The notes: generated from the letters alone by a model not told the origin. Positions 9,955 to 21,059 are shown, counted from the stretch's first letter. The stretch is DNA of 64,000 bases from Gammaproteobacteria bacterium (GCA_963662545.2 CAXXLL010000002.1:32001-96000), one strand, 5' to 3'. Numbers and translations are program-made.

Positions 9955-11568
9955 TTAAAGCAGGATGTGGCGGATATCGCCCAGAACCGTTGTCAGGTAA
10001 CGCGCGAACTGCGCCGCCGCGACACCGTCGATGGCGCGATGATCGTATGACAGGGTGAAAGGCAGTATCAACCTCGGGACGAAACCGCCGTCCCGGTAGA
10101 CCGGTTTCATGACCGCGGGTGAGACGCCGAGGATCGCCACTTCGGGCGTGTTGATGATGGGGGTGAAGCTCGTGCCGCCGACGCCGCCCAGGCTCGAGAT
10201 CGTGAAGCACGCGCCCTGCATTTCAGCTGGGGTAATCTTGCGCGCGCGTGCTTTCTGGCCCAGCTCACGAACCTCACGGGCGAGCTCGTAGAGTCCCTTT
10301 TTATCGGCATCCCGGATCACCGGCACGACCAGCCCGTTGTCCGTGTTCACCGCCATGCCGACGTGGAAGTACTTTTTGTGAATGATTGATTCACCGTCGG
10401 GCGACAACGATGCGTTGAAATCCGGAAATTTCTTCAGACCGACGACGACGGCCTTGACCAGGAATGCGAGCAGCGTCAATTTCGCGCCCTTTTGCTCCGC
10501 TTCGTTGGCCTTGGATTTCCGGAAAGCTTCGAGCTCGGTGACGTCCGCTTCGTCCATCTGAAACACATGGGGCACGGTGATCCAGCTCCGGTGCAGGTTG
10601 CGCCCGGTGAGTTTTTTGATCTTGGTGAGCGGCGTGACTTCGATTTCGCCGAACTTGGTGAAATCAATCTCGGGCGGCGCCGGCAGACCGAAACCACCGC
10701 TTGGGGCGTGACCCCGCGTGCCGCGCATGACTTCCTTAACGTGCGCCTGGACGTCGGGCTTGAGGATACGCCCCTTGTTCCCGGAGCCCCAGACCAGCGA
10801 GATGTCGACGCCGAGCTCGCGCGCGAACTTGCGTACTGAAGGGCTGGCATGGGCCTTGGTGCTTGCGGCCTTCGTTGGCGGCTTATTCGATTTCGACGTT
10901 GGCGGCGGCGGTTTGGGTATAGAAGCCGGCACCGCTGGCCCGAGTGTCGGGGCGGTTGGCTCGGTCACTGCCGCCCTGAGCTTGAGCGCTACGATCAAAT
11001 CGCCTTCGGAAACCTTGTCGCCGACCTTCACCGTGATGTCCTCGACGGTGCCCGCCACCGGCGACGGGATGTCCATCGTGGCCTTGTCGCTTTCGAGGGT
11101 TATTAGCGGGTCTTCTACGTCGACCGCATCCCCGGGCGCGACGATGACGTCAATAACGTCGACGTCATCGAAATCACCGATATCCGGAACGCGTATTTCG
11201 AGGGTGTGCGCCGGGCCGGCGTCGCTCGCCGGCGGTGCCGCTGGAATGTCCGGCGCGGGCGTGAGATCGGGTGACGGCGGCGCGGCCTCGGGGACCGGCG
11301 CGGCCGCGGTTTCGGCGGCGCCGGTGGTTTTTAGGATCAGAATGAGCGCGCCTTCGGATACCTGGTCGCCGACCGAGACGAGAATTTCAGCGATTTCGCC
11401 GGTGCCCGGCGACGGGATGTCCATCGTCGCCTTTTCGCTTTCGAGTGTGATCAAGGGATCTTCCAGGCCCACGATGTCGCCGGGCTTGACGATGACGTCG
11501 ATGACGTCCACATCGTCAAAATCGCCGATGTCCGGCACGCGTACCTCAAGATCCGCGTCTGTGCTCAC
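9955..11568 (-). CDS. aceF: Pyruvate dehydrogenase E2, dihydrolipoyllysine acetyltransferase (two lipoyl domains)
   Basis: Two lipoyl domains (ESEKAT, ESDKAT), HASPSVRK subunit-binding domain, DHRAIDG catalytic motif. Confidence 0.96.
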   Translation of the reverse strand: MSTDADLEVRVPDIGDFDDVDVIDVIVKPGDIVGLEDPLITLESEKATMDIPSPGTGEIAEILVSVGDQVSEGALILILKTTGAAETAAAPVPEAAPPSPDLTPAPDIPAAPPASDAGPAHTLEIRVPDIGDFDDVDVIDVIVAPGDAVDVEDPLITLESDKATMDIPSPVAGTVEDITVKVGDKVSEGDLIVALKLRAAVTEPTAPTLGPAVPASIPKPPPPTSKSNKPPTKAASTKAHASPSVRKFARELGVDISLVWGSGNKGRILKPDVQAHVKEVMRGTRGHAPSGGFGLPAPPEIDFTKFGEIEVTPLTKIKKLTGRNLHRSWITVPHVFQMDEADVTELEAFRKSKANEAEQKGAKLTLLAFLVKAVVVGLKKFPDFNASLSPDGESIIHKKYFHVGMAVNTDNGLVVPVIRDADKKGLYELAREVRELGQKARARKITPAEMQGACFTISSLGGVGGTSFTPIINTPEVAILGVSPAVMKPVYRDGGFVPRLILPFTLSYDHRAIDGVAAAQFARYLTTVLGDIRHILL

Positions 11569-11588
11569 GTTCGATTAGCCGATCCGTT

Positions 11589-14237
11589 TCATAGTTTCAT
11601 CGGGTTGGGCTTTTCCGGATCGATGCCGTAGCGTTCGATGGCTTCGGCGACTTTACCCGGATCGATTTCACCGTCGTCGGCCAGGGCCTTCAGCGCGGCG
11701 ACAACCACGTAGTGTCGGTTGACTTCGAAGAATTCGCGCAGCTTGGCGCGCGAATCGGAGCGCCCGAAACCGTCGGTACCCAGCACCTTGTAACGCCGCG
11801 GTACGTACGCTCTAATCTGCCCGGCGTAGGCCCGGACGTAGTCGGTCGCGGCGATGCAGGGCCCCTTGTACGGCCCGAGCTTGCAGGTGAGAAAACTGAC
11901 GCGCGGTTCTGCCGTCGGGTGAAGCATGTTCCAGCGCGAAGACTCGAGGCCGTCGCGGCGCAGTTCATTGAAGCTCGTTACGCTCCACACGTTGGTATCG
12001 ATGTCGAAGTCCTTTTTCAGCAGGTCGGCACCGGCGATCACTTCGCGCAGAATGGTGCCGCTGCCCATGAGCTGCACCGTCGCACCCTCGGTTTCCCGGA
12101 ACAGATACATGCCCTTCACGATGTCGTCTGCGACACCGTCGGGCAGTGGCGGATGGGTGTAGTTCTCATTCATGACCGTGATGTAGTAGAAAACGTTTTC
12201 CTGGCGCTCGAACATGCGCTTCATCCCGTGATGGATGATCACCGCCAGTTCGTAGCCGAAGGTCGGGTCGTAACTCACGCAATTAGGTATGGTGGAGGCG
12301 ATCATGTGGCTGTGACCGTCCTGGTGTTGCAAGCCTTCGCCGGCAAGTGTCGTGCGTCCCGCAGTGCCGCCGAGCAGGAAGCCACGGGCTTGCATGTCAC
12401 CCGCGGCCCACGCCAGATCACCCACCCGCTGAAATCCGAACATCGAATAAAAAATATAAAACGGGATCATCTGCAGGTCATGGCTGGAATAAGCCGTCGC
12501 CGCCGCGTTCCACGAACACATGGCACCGGCTTCGTTAATCCCTTCCTCCAGGATTTGTCCGCGGATATCCTCGCGGTAATACATCACCTGGTCATGGTCG
12601 ACCGGCTCGTAAAGCTGGCCGGTGGAGGAATAGATGCCGAGCTGGCGGAACATGCCCTCCATACCAAAGGTGCGCGCCTCGTCAGGTACGATCGGCACCA
12701 CGAGCTGCCCGATTTCCTTGTCGCGCACGAGCACGTTCAAAAGGCGCACAAAAGCCATCGTGGTCGAAATCTCGCGCTCGCCCGTGCCCTCCAAGACGTT
12801 CTTGAATACGCCGATGTCCGGTATCTTGAGCGCCGCTGATTCGGTTCGCCGCTGCGGAAGAAAGCCGCCCATGGCCGCAGTGCGATCGCGCAGGTATTGC
12901 ATTTCGGGACTGTCCTCAGGCGGCTTGTAGAAGGGTGCGTCGGCGATCTCGGCGTCCGATATGGGAATATTGAAACGGTCGCGGAAATGCTTGAGCGACT
13001 CCTCGCCCATCTTCTTCTGCTGGTGGGTGATGTTTTTGCCTTCGCCTGCTTCACCCATACCGTAACCCTTGACCGTCTTGCAGAGAATAACGGTGGGCTG
13101 CCCCGTGTGTTTGACAGCTGCCGCATAGGCCGCATACACCTTGTGCGGGTCGTGCCCGCCGCGGTTCAGCCGCCAGATATCGTCATCGCTCATGTTGGCG
13201 ACCATGGCCTTTAGTTCGGGATACTTGCCGAAGAACTCGGCTCGGACGAACGCGCCGTTGAAGGCCTTGTACGCCTGGTACTCGCCGTCGACCGCTTCCT
13301 CCATGCGTTGCAGCAGCAGGCCTTTGGTGTCGCGGGCAAGCAGGGCATCCCAGCCCGAACCCCAGACCACCTTGATGACGTTCCAGCCGCCACCGCGGAA
13401 ATCGGATTCCAGTTCCTGGATGATCTTGCCGTTGCCGCGCACCGGGCCGTCGAGCCGCTGCAGGTTGCAGTTGATGACGAAGATCAGATTGTCGAGCTTC
13501 TCGCGTGATGCGAGCCCGGCCGCGCCGAAGGCCTCGGGTTCGTCCATCTCGCCGTCACCCATAAAGGCCCAAACCTTGCGCCCCTGTGCTTTGATAAGGC
13601 CGCGGTTTTCGAGATAGCGCATGAAGCGCGCCTGATAGATCGCCATGATCGGACCGAGCCCCATGGAGACCGTTGGGAACTGCCAGAATCCTGGCATCAG
13701 CCACGGATGGGGATACGAGGACAGGCCCTTGCCGTCGACCTCCTGTCGGAAGTTGTCGAGCTGCTCCTCGTTCAACAGACCGAGCAAGAAGGCACGCGCG
13801 TAGATGCCCGGCGCGGAATGCCCCTGAAAGAAAATCAGATCGCCACCGTGATCTTCGCTCGGCGCATGCCAGAAATGGTTGTAGCCGATCTCATAGAGCG
13901 TCGCCGCACTGGCGTAGCTCGCGATGTGGCCGCCGAGTTCGCTGTTCTTGCGGTTGGCCTTGACCACCATGGCCATGGCGTTCCAGCGGTTGATGGATCT
14001 GATGCGCCACTCGAGAGCCGGATCGCCGGGCGTATATTCCTCCTTGTGAGTCGGGATGGTGTTGATGTAGGCCGTGTTCGCCGAATAGGGCAGGTTGACG
14101 CCCGAACGCCGCGCCTTGTCGATCAACTTTTCGAGCAGGTAGTGGCTGCGTTCGACGCCTTCGATATCGATCACGGCATCGAGCGCATCCAACCATTCCT
14201 GGGTTTCTTGTAAATCGTCGTCAGGTAGCGCGGCCAT
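11589..14237 (-). CDS. aceE: Pyruvate dehydrogenase E1 (homodimeric type)
   Basis: ETQEWLDAL, GGHIASYAS, YPHPWLMP, GDGEMDE, LGTDGFGRSD. Confidence 0.97.
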   Translation of the reverse strand: MAALPDDDLQETQEWLDALDAVIDIEGVERSHYLLEKLIDKARRSGVNLPYSANTAYINTIPTHKEEYTPGDPALEWRIRSINRWNAMAMVVKANRKNSELGGHIASYASAATLYEIGYNHFWHAPSEDHGGDLIFFQGHSAPGIYARAFLLGLLNEEQLDNFRQEVDGKGLSSYPHPWLMPGFWQFPTVSMGLGPIMAIYQARFMRYLENRGLIKAQGRKVWAFMGDGEMDEPEAFGAAGLASREKLDNLIFVINCNLQRLDGPVRGNGKIIQELESDFRGGGWNVIKVVWGSGWDALLARDTKGLLLQRMEEAVDGEYQAYKAFNGAFVRAEFFGKYPELKAMVANMSDDDIWRLNRGGHDPHKVYAAYAAAVKHTGQPTVILCKTVKGYGMGEAGEGKNITHQQKKMGEESLKHFRDRFNIPISDAEIADAPFYKPPEDSPEMQYLRDRTAAMGGFLPQRRTESAALKIPDIGVFKNVLEGTGEREISTTMAFVRLLNVLVRDKEIGQLVVPIVPDEARTFGMEGMFRQLGIYSSTGQLYEPVDHDQVMYYREDIRGQILEEGINEAGAMCSWNAAATAYSSHDLQMIPFYIFYSMFGFQRVGDLAWAAGDMQARGFLLGGTAGRTTLAGEGLQHQDGHSHMIASTIPNCVSYDPTFGYELAVIIHHGMKRMFERQENVFYYITVMNENYTHPPLPDGVADDIVKGMYLFRETEGATVQLMGSGTILREVIAGADLLKKDFDIDTNVWSVTSFNELRRDGLESSRWNMLHPTAEPRVSFLTCKLGPYKGPCIAATDYVRAYAGQIRAYVPRRYKVLGTDGFGRSDSRAKLREFFEVNRHYVVVAALKALADDGEIDPGKVAEAIERYGIDPEKPNPMKL

Positions 14238-14434
14238 ATCGATCTCGGAACCCTTTTAGCTGTGGGTTCTAGTGTAATGTAACTAAGTTATAGATGGGAT
14301 CGGCGGTGCTTTTGGCGCGGTCCCGTCCCCATGGGCTTCACGACGTGCTGCGCTTTGCATGGGTGGTTGATCTACGGGAACCACGGTTAAGAGAATCCTG
14401 GTTTATTCCTGCGCTATCCTCGCACTATGTCAGC

Positions 14435-14980
14435 TCACGGGCACGATGTTTCGCGCTCGCAGCGGATCCCATTGTCGTAAAGAAACTGAATGAATTCCGA
14501 TCCCGGCACGAAGCGATCTTCAATGCCTGCGCTCTGCGACCCACGGTCTATTTCGAGCAAGTAGCATTGCAGGATCGCCCCGGATTCGGCGCAGACGAAT
14601 TCTATCGGACGGACGACTTCCGAATTCGTGTACAGACGGTAACCCTCAGCGGTCTTTTCCCATGAACGCACGAAACGCATCCTGGCGCAGTCGCAGGCGA
14701 GGTAGCGATCGGCGAATTCGATCATCTTGCCGACGGTCATGCCCGGCGTGTCGGGATTCGCCCGAGGGTTGATGAGCTTCGCCATCAGGAGATCCCGCGG
14801 GGTGGCGGTGGCGTCGTCCGGCTCGTCCTTGCCGCCGAGGCTGGGGAGCTTAGGCATCGACATTTTCGGCATAGAAACCTTCGGCATGGAGACTTTTGCG
14901 CACCCTGGGAGCACGGCGATAGCCACGGCAGCGATGACGCAATAAACCGTCGAAAAAAGCAGGGTTGGACCCGAATTCAT
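14435..14980 (-). CDS. Hypothetical lipoprotein with SMPK repeats
   Basis: Hydrophobic N-terminus ending in lipobox-like LPGC; KVSMPKVSMPKMSMPK; several Cys; tight spacing to the upstream gene. Confidence 0.65.
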   Translation of the reverse strand: MNSGPTLLFSTVYCVIAAVAIAVLPGCAKVSMPKVSMPKMSMPKLPSLGGKDEPDDATATPRDLLMAKLINPRANPDTPGMTVGKMIEFADRYLACDCARMRFVRSWEKTAEGYRLYTNSEVVRPIEFVCAESGAILQCYLLEIDRGSQSAGIEDRFVPGSEFIQFLYDNGIRCERETSCP

Positions 14981-14986
14981 GGTCGA

Positions 14987-15865
14987 TTAGTCCTTCCCCA
15001 TGGTGGTCAGAAACTTTTGGCGTTCCCTTTCGAGGCTAATGCGCGCGATGATGAGGTCGAGGATCGTGTGCACGCGTTTTTCGAGCCGGTGGCCCGCACG
15101 GAAATCGGCGGGCGCATAGAAGTCGATGCGATTTGCGTCGACCAGGTTCCTACACACGGTGATTGACGCCCGATTTCTCGGTTTGTGTACGGCGACGGCG
15201 AAACCGCCATAATTCTTGACTACCGTCATACAGGGCACGTCCGTGAGGCCGTCGCCGAGGTACAACATGTGCTGAAACGGTATCGGGCGTTCACCCTCGG
15301 GCATGTATTCGTTGATGGTCTCCTGAGCGTCTTCGCGGCCCTTGTTGATCCGAAAAAGGTACTGGGTCTTGCCGGTATCATTGATGACGATGGTGGGGAA
15401 GCGCGCCGCTTCGTGATGATCAAAATAGTATTGCGACGCGTAGATGCGGGCGAAGTGATGCTTGATGCTGACGCCTTCGAGAATCTCGCTCAATCCTGCC
15501 GAAATGATGTAATGCCGGACCTGAACGTGACCGCCCGATTTATCACGGACGTAACTATTCAGCCGATCGAACCAGCTTTCGACGCCCGGGTAATACTTGA
15601 TGCCCGCCGCGAGTTCGCGTAGCGCATCGCGACTCAGGTGCGCCTTGTTTTGCTCGATTTTTTCAACCAGGAGGCGCATATACGTCAGGATGCTGTCGCC
15701 GCCCGTGCGCGCGACTTCCGCGTTGACTTCCTTCCAGAAGGCCTTGCCCGTAATGCCAAGCTCGGGCAGGACGGTGTATTCCTGCATCGGCTGCGGCGTC
15801 AGTGTCCCGTCGAAATCGTAGACGACTGCAAGCGTGTTGCGGGGGTTGTGCTGTTTGCGCGCCAT
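14987..15865 (-). CDS. HAD family hydrolase
   Basis: YDFDGTL motif I, IISAG motif II, GDGLTD motif IV. Confidence 0.85.
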   Translation of the reverse strand: MARKQHNPRNTLAVVYDFDGTLTPQPMQEYTVLPELGITGKAFWKEVNAEVARTGGDSILTYMRLLVEKIEQNKAHLSRDALRELAAGIKYYPGVESWFDRLNSYVRDKSGGHVQVRHYIISAGLSEILEGVSIKHHFARIYASQYYFDHHEAARFPTIVINDTGKTQYLFRINKGREDAQETINEYMPEGERPIPFQHMLYLGDGLTDVPCMTVVKNYGGFAVAVHKPRNRASITVCRNLVDANRIDFYAPADFRAGHRLEKRVHTILDLIIARISLERERQKFLTTMGKD

Positions 15866-15892
15866 GATGAGTAATTCGTATCCGATAATTTC

Positions 15893-16420
15893 CTAAGTCC
15901 GACAGGCTGCTAGATAGTAGGTCAGCACCTCTTCACTGAAACATGCGAAGACGATGGATTCCAATGTTTCCGACGCCGTTACTCCCTTGACGACTTCTTC
16001 CACGGCGATCGCCGTCGCGGCTTCCAGCGGGTAACCGTAGACGCCGCAACTGATCGCCGGAAACGCAATCGAGCGCATACCGCGTTCGTCGGCGATCGCG
16101 AAACAGTGGCGATAACAGCTGGCCAGCAGCGCCGGTTCCCCCTGGGTTCCGCCGTGCCAGACCGGACCGACCGTGTGAATAACGTGACCGGCGCGCAAAC
16201 GATAGCCGCGGGTCAATTTCGCCTTGCCGGTTTGGCAGCCGCCGAGTCTGCGGCATTCTTGCAGCAACTCAGGGCCGGCCGCACGGTGGATGGCGCCGTC
16301 CACGCCGCCGCCGCCAAGCAGGGTTTCATTTGCCGCGTTTACGATGGCGTCGACGTCGAGCGTCGTGATATCGATCCGGCGCGGGTCAATGATCGCGCGC
16401 ACTGATCGCATAGTGGCCAT
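15893..16420 (-). CDS. ymdB: Macro-domain O-acetyl-ADP-ribose deacetylase
   Basis: [39 protein letters not shown]. Confidence 0.88.
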   Translation of the reverse strand: MATMRSVRAIIDPRRIDITTLDVDAIVNAANETLLGGGGVDGAIHRAAGPELLQECRRLGGCQTGKAKLTRGYRLRAGHVIHTVGPVWHGGTQGEPALLASCYRHCFAIADERGMRSIAFPAISCGVYGYPLEAATAIAVEEVVKGVTASETLESIVFACFSEEVLTYYLAACRT

Positions 16421-16445
16421 CGCGGCTACCCCTGGCCCCCCGTTT

Positions 16446-17126
16446 TCAGTGAATACCGAGGAGGGTCACAACCACGCGCGCAGCACGCGTCGTCGTCGGC
16501 AGGACGTAATCCGCCAGCGCGGTGACTTCAGGCGAGGGTTGATGCAGGTCAGGTACCATGATGGTCAGCATATGCGCACCGGATGCCGACCTTATGCCGG
16601 CTTCGGAGTCTTCCAGCGCGACGCATCGCGTCGGATGAATGCCGATCGCCGCGGCCGCGTGCAGGAATATTTCCGGCGCCGGTTTGCCCTTGTCAACCTC
16701 GTTCCCGGCGATGAGGCAGTCGATATTGGACCACAGACCGGCCATCTCGAGCGAGCGCTCAGCCTGATCGCGCTGCGTGGACGTCGCGACGGCGAACGGA
16801 ATACCACGGGCTCTCAGCGTCGTTAGCAGCGTGTTCATGCCGGGCTGTGCGGGTACGCCGTGCTGCTCGGTGTGCTCCGTCCAGATTTCGCGAAAACGAT
16901 CGCGGAATTGCCGCATCGGAAAATCGGGTCCCATGGTCTTGATCACCGAAGCTTCGACCGCGGACGGCGGCAGGCCCATCCACATGACGTAGACCTCGTC
17001 GGTCACTAAGTGTCCGAGATCGCTCGCTGCTTGCTGGGCCGCCATGCGATAAAGCGGTTCGGAATCAACGAGAATACCGTCCATGTCGAACACGACGCCT
17101 GTGTAGCGCTCGTGCACGGCGTTCAT
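16446..17126 (-). CDS. HAD family phosphatase (subfamily IA)
   Basis: [21 protein letters not shown]. Start at ATG 17126 overlaps the LOG gene stop (ATGA). Confidence 0.87.
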   Translation of the reverse strand: MNAVHERYTGVVFDMDGILVDSEPLYRMAAQQAASDLGHLVTDEVYVMWMGLPPSAVEASVIKTMGPDFPMRQFRDRFREIWTEHTEQHGVPAQPGMNTLLTTLRARGIPFAVATSTQRDQAERSLEMAGLWSNIDCLIAGNEVDKGKPAPEIFLHAAAAIGIHPTRCVALEDSEAGIRSASGAHMLTIMVPDLHQPSPEVTALADYVLPTTTRAARVVVTLLGIH

Positions 17127-17671
17127 GGGCCACTCGATTCCATGACAGCGTCGAGCAGTGAGGAGGGGTGCGGCCGCACGATGATATGCGCCAACTCTTC
17201 CTCGCTCACAAAACCTTCTTTGGCGAGGTGAGCGAGCAGTTCGAACCAACGATCGAAAAAGCCAGCGACGTTGAGCAGGCCGATCGTCTGTCGCAGTTGC
17301 CGCAGTTGGCGCCACGCGATGACTTCGAGAATTTCGTCCAGGGTCCCGATACCGCCCGGCAGTGCCACGAATGCATCGGAGCGCTCGATCATCAGCGACT
17401 TCCGTTCGAACAGGTCGTCCACTACGAGACACTCGCTCAGACTCTCATGGGCGACTTCGCGCTCGCGCAGAAACTCCGGAATAACGCCGACCACGTAACC
17501 TCCCGCGGCAAGTGTGGCGTTTGCAACTGCGCCCATCAGCCCGACACGACCCCCGCCGTAGACGAGCGCAATGTTCCGCAGCGCCAGCTCACGACCGAAC
17601 GCCTCGGCCGCCAACAGGTAATCTTCGCGGGCACCTGTCCGTGAGCCGCAGAAAACACAAATCGAAAACAA
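17123..17671 (-). CDS. LOG family nucleotide monophosphate nucleosidase (TIGR00730-like)
   Basis: ICVFCGS, YGGGRVGLMG, PGGIGTLDE. Confidence 0.9.
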   Translation of the reverse strand: MFSICVFCGSRTGAREDYLLAAEAFGRELALRNIALVYGGGRVGLMGAVANATLAAGGYVVGVIPEFLREREVAHESLSECLVVDDLFERKSLMIERSDAFVALPGGIGTLDEILEVIAWRQLRQLRQTIGLLNVAGFFDRWFELLAHLAKEGFVSEEELAHIIVRPHPSSLLDAVMESSGP

Positions 17672-17704
17672 AGGACTGAATACTCGCAGGTGACCCCGAT
17701 AGGC

Positions 17705-18328
17705 CTATTCTGTCATCCATACCAACGCGCCGCCCTGTACGCGCCATGCGCCGTCTGCCCGTTCGAGGTGTACCAGTCGCCCGGCGCCACACTCGGCGCC
17801 GCACTGATGTTCGATATAGACCAGGGCGTGCGACAGCGAATCGTCGAATCCGGCGCGCGACAGGCGCAGAATGCCCGGCGCGCCCGGATATCGTTTGAAA
17901 AACTGTAGCCAGCCTTGCTGCGGTTCGACGTTATTGAACAATTCGAACAAGCTACGCTCGCTCAGGAGGTGATAGGACACCTCGAGGTTTAGTGGCTGGT
18001 CAATCAGACGGGGCAGCGTGTTCCGGAGCGACCAGTTGTCGAGGGCTGCACGCGGGATATCCAGTTGGGTCACGATCGCCGCTGCCGTTTCGGCATCGAC
18101 GACGACCGCGGCCGGATCTCCGGTCGTATGGTCGGCAATGATGACGATAGGCGTATCCGAAGCTACACCGTGGTTGATCAAGGCCGCGATAACCTCCAGT
18201 TCGCGCTCTGCAAAAGCCCTGGATTCGTCGGCGCGCACCGCGGTTGAAAACGACACCAACAGCACAAGCGTAATGGGTACACAGACGAACATCGATAGCG
18301 TTTTCACGGTGATTTGATTCTCTGGCAA
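17705..18328 (-). CDS. Hypothetical exported protein
   Basis: Signal-peptide-like N-terminus; C-terminal LSRAGF...CGAECGAG; co-oriented and tightly spaced with neighbours. Confidence 0.7.
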   Translation of the reverse strand: MPENQITVKTLSMFVCVPITLVLLVSFSTAVRADESRAFAERELEVIAALINHGVASDTPIVIIADHTTGDPAAVVVDAETAAAIVTQLDIPRAALDNWSLRNTLPRLIDQPLNLEVSYHLLSERSLFELFNNVEPQQGWLQFFKRYPGAPGILRLSRAGFDDSLSHALVYIEHQCGAECGAGRLVHLERADGAWRVQGGALVWMTE

Positions 18329-18333
18329 GAGTG

Positions 18334-19746
18334 TTAAACGACTTGTTTATGCGGAGCGGATTCGACGGCGGTCAGCGCTGCGGCCAGTTCCTGAAGGTCG
18401 GGTGCGGATTCCAGACACAGCACGATATCCGCCAGGCGCTCCGCTGCCGATGGGTTCAACGCGAGACGCGTATTGTCGAAGTATTTGTCGAGAATGTCAG
18501 ATTCGCGCAGGGGATTGGCATCGGCACCCCGGTTGACGGCTTCACGATGTTCGAGTCGACGCCCGTCGTGCGTGTTCACGACGAGGCTGCCGGAATAGTA
18601 TTTCGGATAGGCTGATTCGGGATCCTCGGCATAGTCGATGCGCGCGGCAAGTGCCACGATGGCGGGATCTTCGAGCGCCTCGGGTTCGAGTTCGGCCAGG
18701 GTGAATCGTCCGCGCACGATGCTTGCTGCGATCATGTACGGCACGCTGAACTGCGCTTCGTAATGATTTGTCGGACGGCGCTTCTCGGCCAGGGGTTCGC
18801 ACACGACGGCAGCCTGGTCGGCATGAATTAAAGCCGTCGCTGACTCGATATCATTTGCCTCGATGCCGTGTTCTTTTTTGAGCGCGATGGCACAATCGGC
18901 AAACGCGTGATTGAAATGGCAGGCCGGGTAGGGTTTGAACGCGATCCCGGTGGTACGCCAGTCGCGGCCCAGGTCGTTGCCGATTTGCTCGACATCGATG
19001 CCGTGACCGGGACCGAGCAGCGTGTTGTAAAGGCCGAAACGCCCTTCAAAGGGCCTTTGTGGACCCTTGAACGCGTGGCCGGCGAGGGTCGCCGCGGTGA
19101 GCCCTGCCACCGCGGCCCAGCCGGGATGCATGCGCTTGGTCCAGGCGCCGTCGGCGAGGAATTCCATCGAACCCGAGGCCATGCTCAAGGTGATGCCGAG
19201 CGCATCGCAAAATGCCGATTGCGTGAGCGCCTTGAGCCACGCCGCCGCACCAGCACAGCCGAAAGCACCGACGATTCCGGTCGGGTGTAAGCCACGCTTC
19301 TGCAGGCTGCCGCGGGCCGGTTCGCCAATGCGAGCGTCGATTTCGACTGCAAGCACATAGGCCGCGATTGCGTCGGCGCCCGATGCCCGGACGTTCAAAC
19401 CCAGGTTGAACGCAAGCGGTATGGCGCTTGCGGAGCAATGCACGACGCTGGCGCCGTGCGTATCGTCGAAATCGAGCCCGTGAATGAGCGTGCCGTTGGC
19501 GAGCAAGGCATCGCGTAGCGAAAGCCGCGCATGCTGCCCGATGACGGGCGATTGACCGTTGCCACCCAACTCGGTTGTGGCTGCCACGATCGAATCGGCA
19601 AAATCGTAGCGGGTGGAAGCAAGACCTATCCCGAAGCTGTCGAGCATACAGAGCTTCGCGTGGTGGACGACTTCGCGCGGCAGGCGGGACGGATTCAGTT
19701 GCGCGGCAAATGCGGCGAATTTCTGTGAGATCGTGGGCCTGGACAT
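18334..19746 (-). CDS. MmgE/PrpD family protein
   Basis: ANGTLIHGLDFDDTH, KRMHPG, FKPYPACH. Confidence 0.9.
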   Translation of the reverse strand: MSRPTISQKFAAFAAQLNPSRLPREVVHHAKLCMLDSFGIGLASTRYDFADSIVAATTELGGNGQSPVIGQHARLSLRDALLANGTLIHGLDFDDTHGASVVHCSASAIPLAFNLGLNVRASGADAIAAYVLAVEIDARIGEPARGSLQKRGLHPTGIVGAFGCAGAAAWLKALTQSAFCDALGITLSMASGSMEFLADGAWTKRMHPGWAAVAGLTAATLAGHAFKGPQRPFEGRFGLYNTLLGPGHGIDVEQIGNDLGRDWRTTGIAFKPYPACHFNHAFADCAIALKKEHGIEANDIESATALIHADQAAVVCEPLAEKRRPTNHYEAQFSVPYMIAASIVRGRFTLAELEPEALEDPAIVALAARIDYAEDPESAYPKYYSGSLVVNTHDGRRLEHREAVNRGADANPLRESDILDKYFDNTRLALNPSAAERLADIVLCLESAPDLQELAAALTAVESAPHKQVV

Positions 19747-19954
19747 CGATAAGTGACTCGTGGTCAGTTTAAGACGGCTGCAATTGCGTGCATGATCGCA
19801 GACGGCGTATCGTTCGATCAACGTGTGTCGCGCGGTGGTCTGCGGCCACGGGGGTCGCGTTAATACACGGGGCCTGCGGGCGAACGCGCTTTAACAAGCC
19901 GTTGAAGACCTGCGTATTTCGACTCCCTTTTAAGAGGAGCAATCCTGCAAGGAC

Positions 19955-20836
19955 ATGGACCGACGGTGCAACATTCCAACCAGGCGGCTCGCCTTGGTCT
20001 GGTGCGTGATCGCTGTATGGACGAGCGCCGCGCATGCTGATGCGGAAAACTGGGCCGAGATCATCATCGGGGAAACGGCTAAGGGCGCGTCGATGCCGGT
20101 CTTGTCGGCCTACGGCGCCGGACTCGACGTCGCGACCGCCTATGAAATTCAGCGCATAGTGGTCGAAGACGCGCTCGAAACCCGTCAGATCGGCGGCTAC
20201 AAGGCGGGCTTTACCAGCGCCGCCGCCCGCGCCCGGTTCCAGCTCGAAAAACCATTGGCCGGCGTGCTCTTCGCCGATGGGCGGTTCGACGACGGGGCCG
20301 AGATCCGCCGTGATGCTTTCAAGCGCTTGATGGTCGAAGTCGAGATCGGCTATGTCCTCCGTTCACCCATCACGCGGCGGATTCGATCGACGGCGGATCT
20401 GAAGACCTATGTGCTCCATGCCGTGCCGGCCGTTGAACTACCCGACCTGGATTACGACGACTTGAGCCAATTGAATGGACTGGACATCGTCGCAACGAAC
20501 ATGGCCGCCGCCGCTTACCTGGTGGGCAAGCCATTCCGCTTTACCGATCTAGAGGAAGTCAACGCGCTCGAGGTTGCGCTCTATCGCGACGGCGAGTTAG
20601 TCGACGACGGCCATGCGGCGAATGCGCTCGGTGATCAATTACGCGCCCTGCTGTGGCTGGTCAACGATCGGCAGGCACGCGGCTGGCCTCTTCGTGCCGG
20701 GCAGCTGCTCTTGACCGGTACGCTCGGCAAGATCAATCCCGGGATGACCGGGAATTACACTGTGAATTACGGGCGCGGCGAGCTGCGTTTTCGAATCGTC
20801 GAGGGCGCTCCCCGTGCCACTGCTCAAGGCAGATAA
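19955..20836 (+). CDS. 2-keto-4-pentenoate hydratase-like (FAH superfamily) protein with apparent signal peptide
   Basis: AYEIQ, GYKAG, EVEIG, PAVELPD, LLLTGT; N-terminal LALVWCVIAVWTSAAHA. Confidence 0.78.
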   Translation: MDRRCNIPTRRLALVWCVIAVWTSAAHADAENWAEIIIGETAKGASMPVLSAYGAGLDVATAYEIQRIVVEDALETRQIGGYKAGFTSAAARARFQLEKPLAGVLFADGRFDDGAEIRRDAFKRLMVEVEIGYVLRSPITRRIRSTADLKTYVLHAVPAVELPDLDYDDLSQLNGLDIVATNMAAAAYLVGKPFRFTDLEEVNALEVALYRDGELVDDGHAANALGDQLRALLWLVNDRQARGWPLRAGQLLLTGTLGKINPGMTGNYTVNYGRGELRFRIVEGAPRATAQGR

Positions 20837-21059
20837 ACGCGATCGTAGACAGTGAGCAACAGGCTGCCGAACGCGAGGCCGACCAGCATGTAGCGAAAGT
20901 TCCAGCGCAGGAATTGGGTCGACGGGATCCCAAAACGGCCCTGCAGCGCCAGCGTCGCACCCGAGAACGGGGACGCGCCGAGCGCGACCGACCAGGCCAT
21001 GAGCGCCATCATAGCGATCAGATCCGGATGCGAGACCACGGGCGGAAACAGGCTAGCTA

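Noticed and set aside
9923-9955. lpd missing after aceEF, possibly deleted by the IS
   Set aside because: The IS has a perfect 9-bp duplication and the palindrome is restorable, so this insertion deleted nothing; lpd is often located elsewhere.
11030-11560. Internal DNA repeat in aceF
   Set aside because: Explained by the two normal lipoyl domains.
11712-12839. Long antisense ORFs (also 10718-11578, 30112-30966, 30938-32158, 39080-39880)
   Set aside because: Shadow frames opposite well-supported genes in GC-rich DNA.
17127-17432. N-terminal extension of the HAD phosphatase ORF
   Set aside because: Overlaps the LOG gene; ATG 17126 gives a normal HAD start with ATGA coupling.
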